The position numbers and the translations under genes are program-made. From Octopus bimaculoides (Eukaryota), in contig NC_068996.1 of the NCBI RefSeq assembly GCF_001194135.2, positions 33,453,244-33,492,639 of the forward strand: a DNA stretch of 39,396 nt. The letters run 5' to 3'. Below the pieces are notes generated by a model. The model was given only the letters and a program-made list of their open reading frames with translations. It was not told the origin of the DNA and did not search any database. This document shows positions 38,251 through 39,396 of this stretch, piece after piece (positions within the stretch are counted from its first letter, which is position 1; each line of letters opens with the position of its first letter).

Positions 38251-38464
38251 GTGGACAATTATGGAATGAATTTTAGGGCTTATAAATCTAATATTTTCCT
38301 ATCCTTCCTTAATACCAGTTCCCATATGCTACTCATATCTGCACTCGGTCTGCTTAGGAGGTTGTTGTGTCCTAGCATATGTGCTGCTTCTTTGGGAACC
38401 AGTATTAAGGAAGGATAGAAAAATTAGATCTATAAGCCCTAAAATCCACTCCATAATTGCCCAT

Positions 38465-38537
38465 GGGCATATGGCATAGTGGTTAAGAGTGCGGGCTACT
38501 AACCCCAAGATTCCGAGTTTGATTCCAAGCAGTGCTC
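38465..38537 (+). other. tRNA-derived Pol III head (right arm)
   Basis: A-box-like TGGCATAGTGG 38472-38482; B-box-like GAGTTTGATTCC 38515-38526; anticodon-loop-like CT-ACT-AA. Confidence 0.65.
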
Positions 38538-38635
38538 TGAACAATAAGAATAACAATAATGATAATAATAACAATAATAATAATGACATCAAAAAATACC
38601 TTAGGAATGAGAACCCAGGTTCGAAATTTCCCCAA

Positions 38636-38678
38636 GACACCTGATGAAGGCTGGAGGGTATATCAGCCTAAACGTATT
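38636..38678 (+). ncRNA. Minimal type I hammerhead ribozyme motif (right arm; G12 to U lesion and stem I deletion)
   Basis: GACAC-CUGAUGA-A-GGCUG-gagggtatat-CAGCC-UAAAC-GU-A-UU. Confidence 0.7.
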
Positions 38679-39139
38679 AACAACAAACAAGATGAGGAGA
38701 AATATCCGTCAAATGTAAATAATGGACAGAATTCCTCAAATACAGAAATGCACAAATGTGTTGAGAGAAAAGATGGACATGAGAGGAATCATATGCAGCA
38801 TGCAAAAGAGAAAACTACATTGGCTTGGACATGTGATACATATGAATGAAGACAGCTATATATAGAAGTGCCAATCACTAAAAGTGGATGATACCTGTGG
38901 AAGAGGGAGACACAGGAAGACATGGGATGAAGTGGTGAGGACCAATCTCAGAATGTTGGGGCTCACAGAGGAAATGACAATGGACTGAGATGTCTGGTGA
39001 TACGAGTTTCTGGTAATATGAGGTTCTAGAGATGACCTGTCCATGTCAGCGAACCTGAGTTTTAGAAGTATTGTGTTTCACCCACATGTAATAATAAAAT
39101 TTTCATACACAAACACATCTTCAGTTTTATATATATAGA

Positions 39140-39340
39140 TATGACATGAAAAAAGCCTTCAAAAGGGTCTCCCACTCCCTTATCTGGTGGTCAATGTGGA
39201 TAAATGAATGGTTGTTGAGAGCTGTACATGCCATATACAGAGATGCTGTCAGTAGGTAAGGATTGGTAACAAGTATAGCAAGGAATTCAGGATACAAATA
39301 GGGGTTCACAAAGGATCAATCCTCAGCCCCACCCCGTTCA
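39140..39340 (+). mobile_element. Second RTE RT fragment
   Basis: DMKKAFKRVSHSLIWWSM, WLLRAVHAIYRDAVS and IGVHKGSILSP. Confidence 0.8.
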
Positions 39341-39346
39341 TCATAA

Positions 39347-39351
39347 ATATA

Positions 39352-39396
<45 letters not shown>
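39347..39396. repeat. (AT)n microsatellite
   Basis: Directly visible. Confidence 0.95.

Larger units (their letters stand above)
38014..38746. mobile_element. Non-coding fold-back retroelement: inverted arms, each with tRNA-like head + (AAT)n + hammerhead-bearing Penelope-type tail
   Basis: Arms 38011-38324 and 38393-38728 are reverse complements, roughly 90% identical by eye. 68-nt spacer. 13-bp direct repeat aatgcacaaatgt at 38001-38013 and 38747-38759. Confidence 0.9.
37050..39045 (+). mobile_element. RTE-clade LINE fragment (RT to 3' end), interrupted by the fold-back element
   Basis: NYRVIKLLDQ, MQFGFVPGKNTTDAI, AFVDLEKVFD, ILHGSET; after the insertion LHWLGHVIHMNED...GRGRHRKTWDEVV. 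Confidence 0.9.

Noticed and set aside
38465-38537. Functional tRNA gene
   Set aside because: The acceptor and anticodon stems do not pair properly and the T-loop is altered; it is treated as a SINE-type head.

Overview
AT-rich eukaryotic genomic DNA with four assembly gaps, probably intronic or intergenic. The (CA)/(TA)/(GAT) microsatellites and SINE families look to me like those of octopus genomes; this is recognition from memory, not a database result. No host gene could be identified; a few spliceable open segments are listed as low-confidence candidates. Most of the window is layered, decayed mobile DNA: two DD34D mariner copies, a DD37D (maT) element, an internally deleted Tigger/pogo element, Tc1/mariner- and hAT-type MITEs, Penelope-like (PLE) remnants, RLE-type (R4/NeSL-like) LINE fragments, several RTE fragments, one apparently full-length ~3.9 kb RTE LINE with a 12-bp target-site duplication (TSD), and several SINEs. 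The most interesting object is a ~730-bp fold-back insertion at 38014-38746 with a 13-bp TSD. Each of its inverted arms carries a tRNA-like Pol III head, an (AAT)n spacer and a minimal Penelope-type hammerhead ribozyme motif, so it is a candidate non-coding, ribozyme-bearing SINE-like parasite of PLEs. Boundaries of decayed fragments are approximate.
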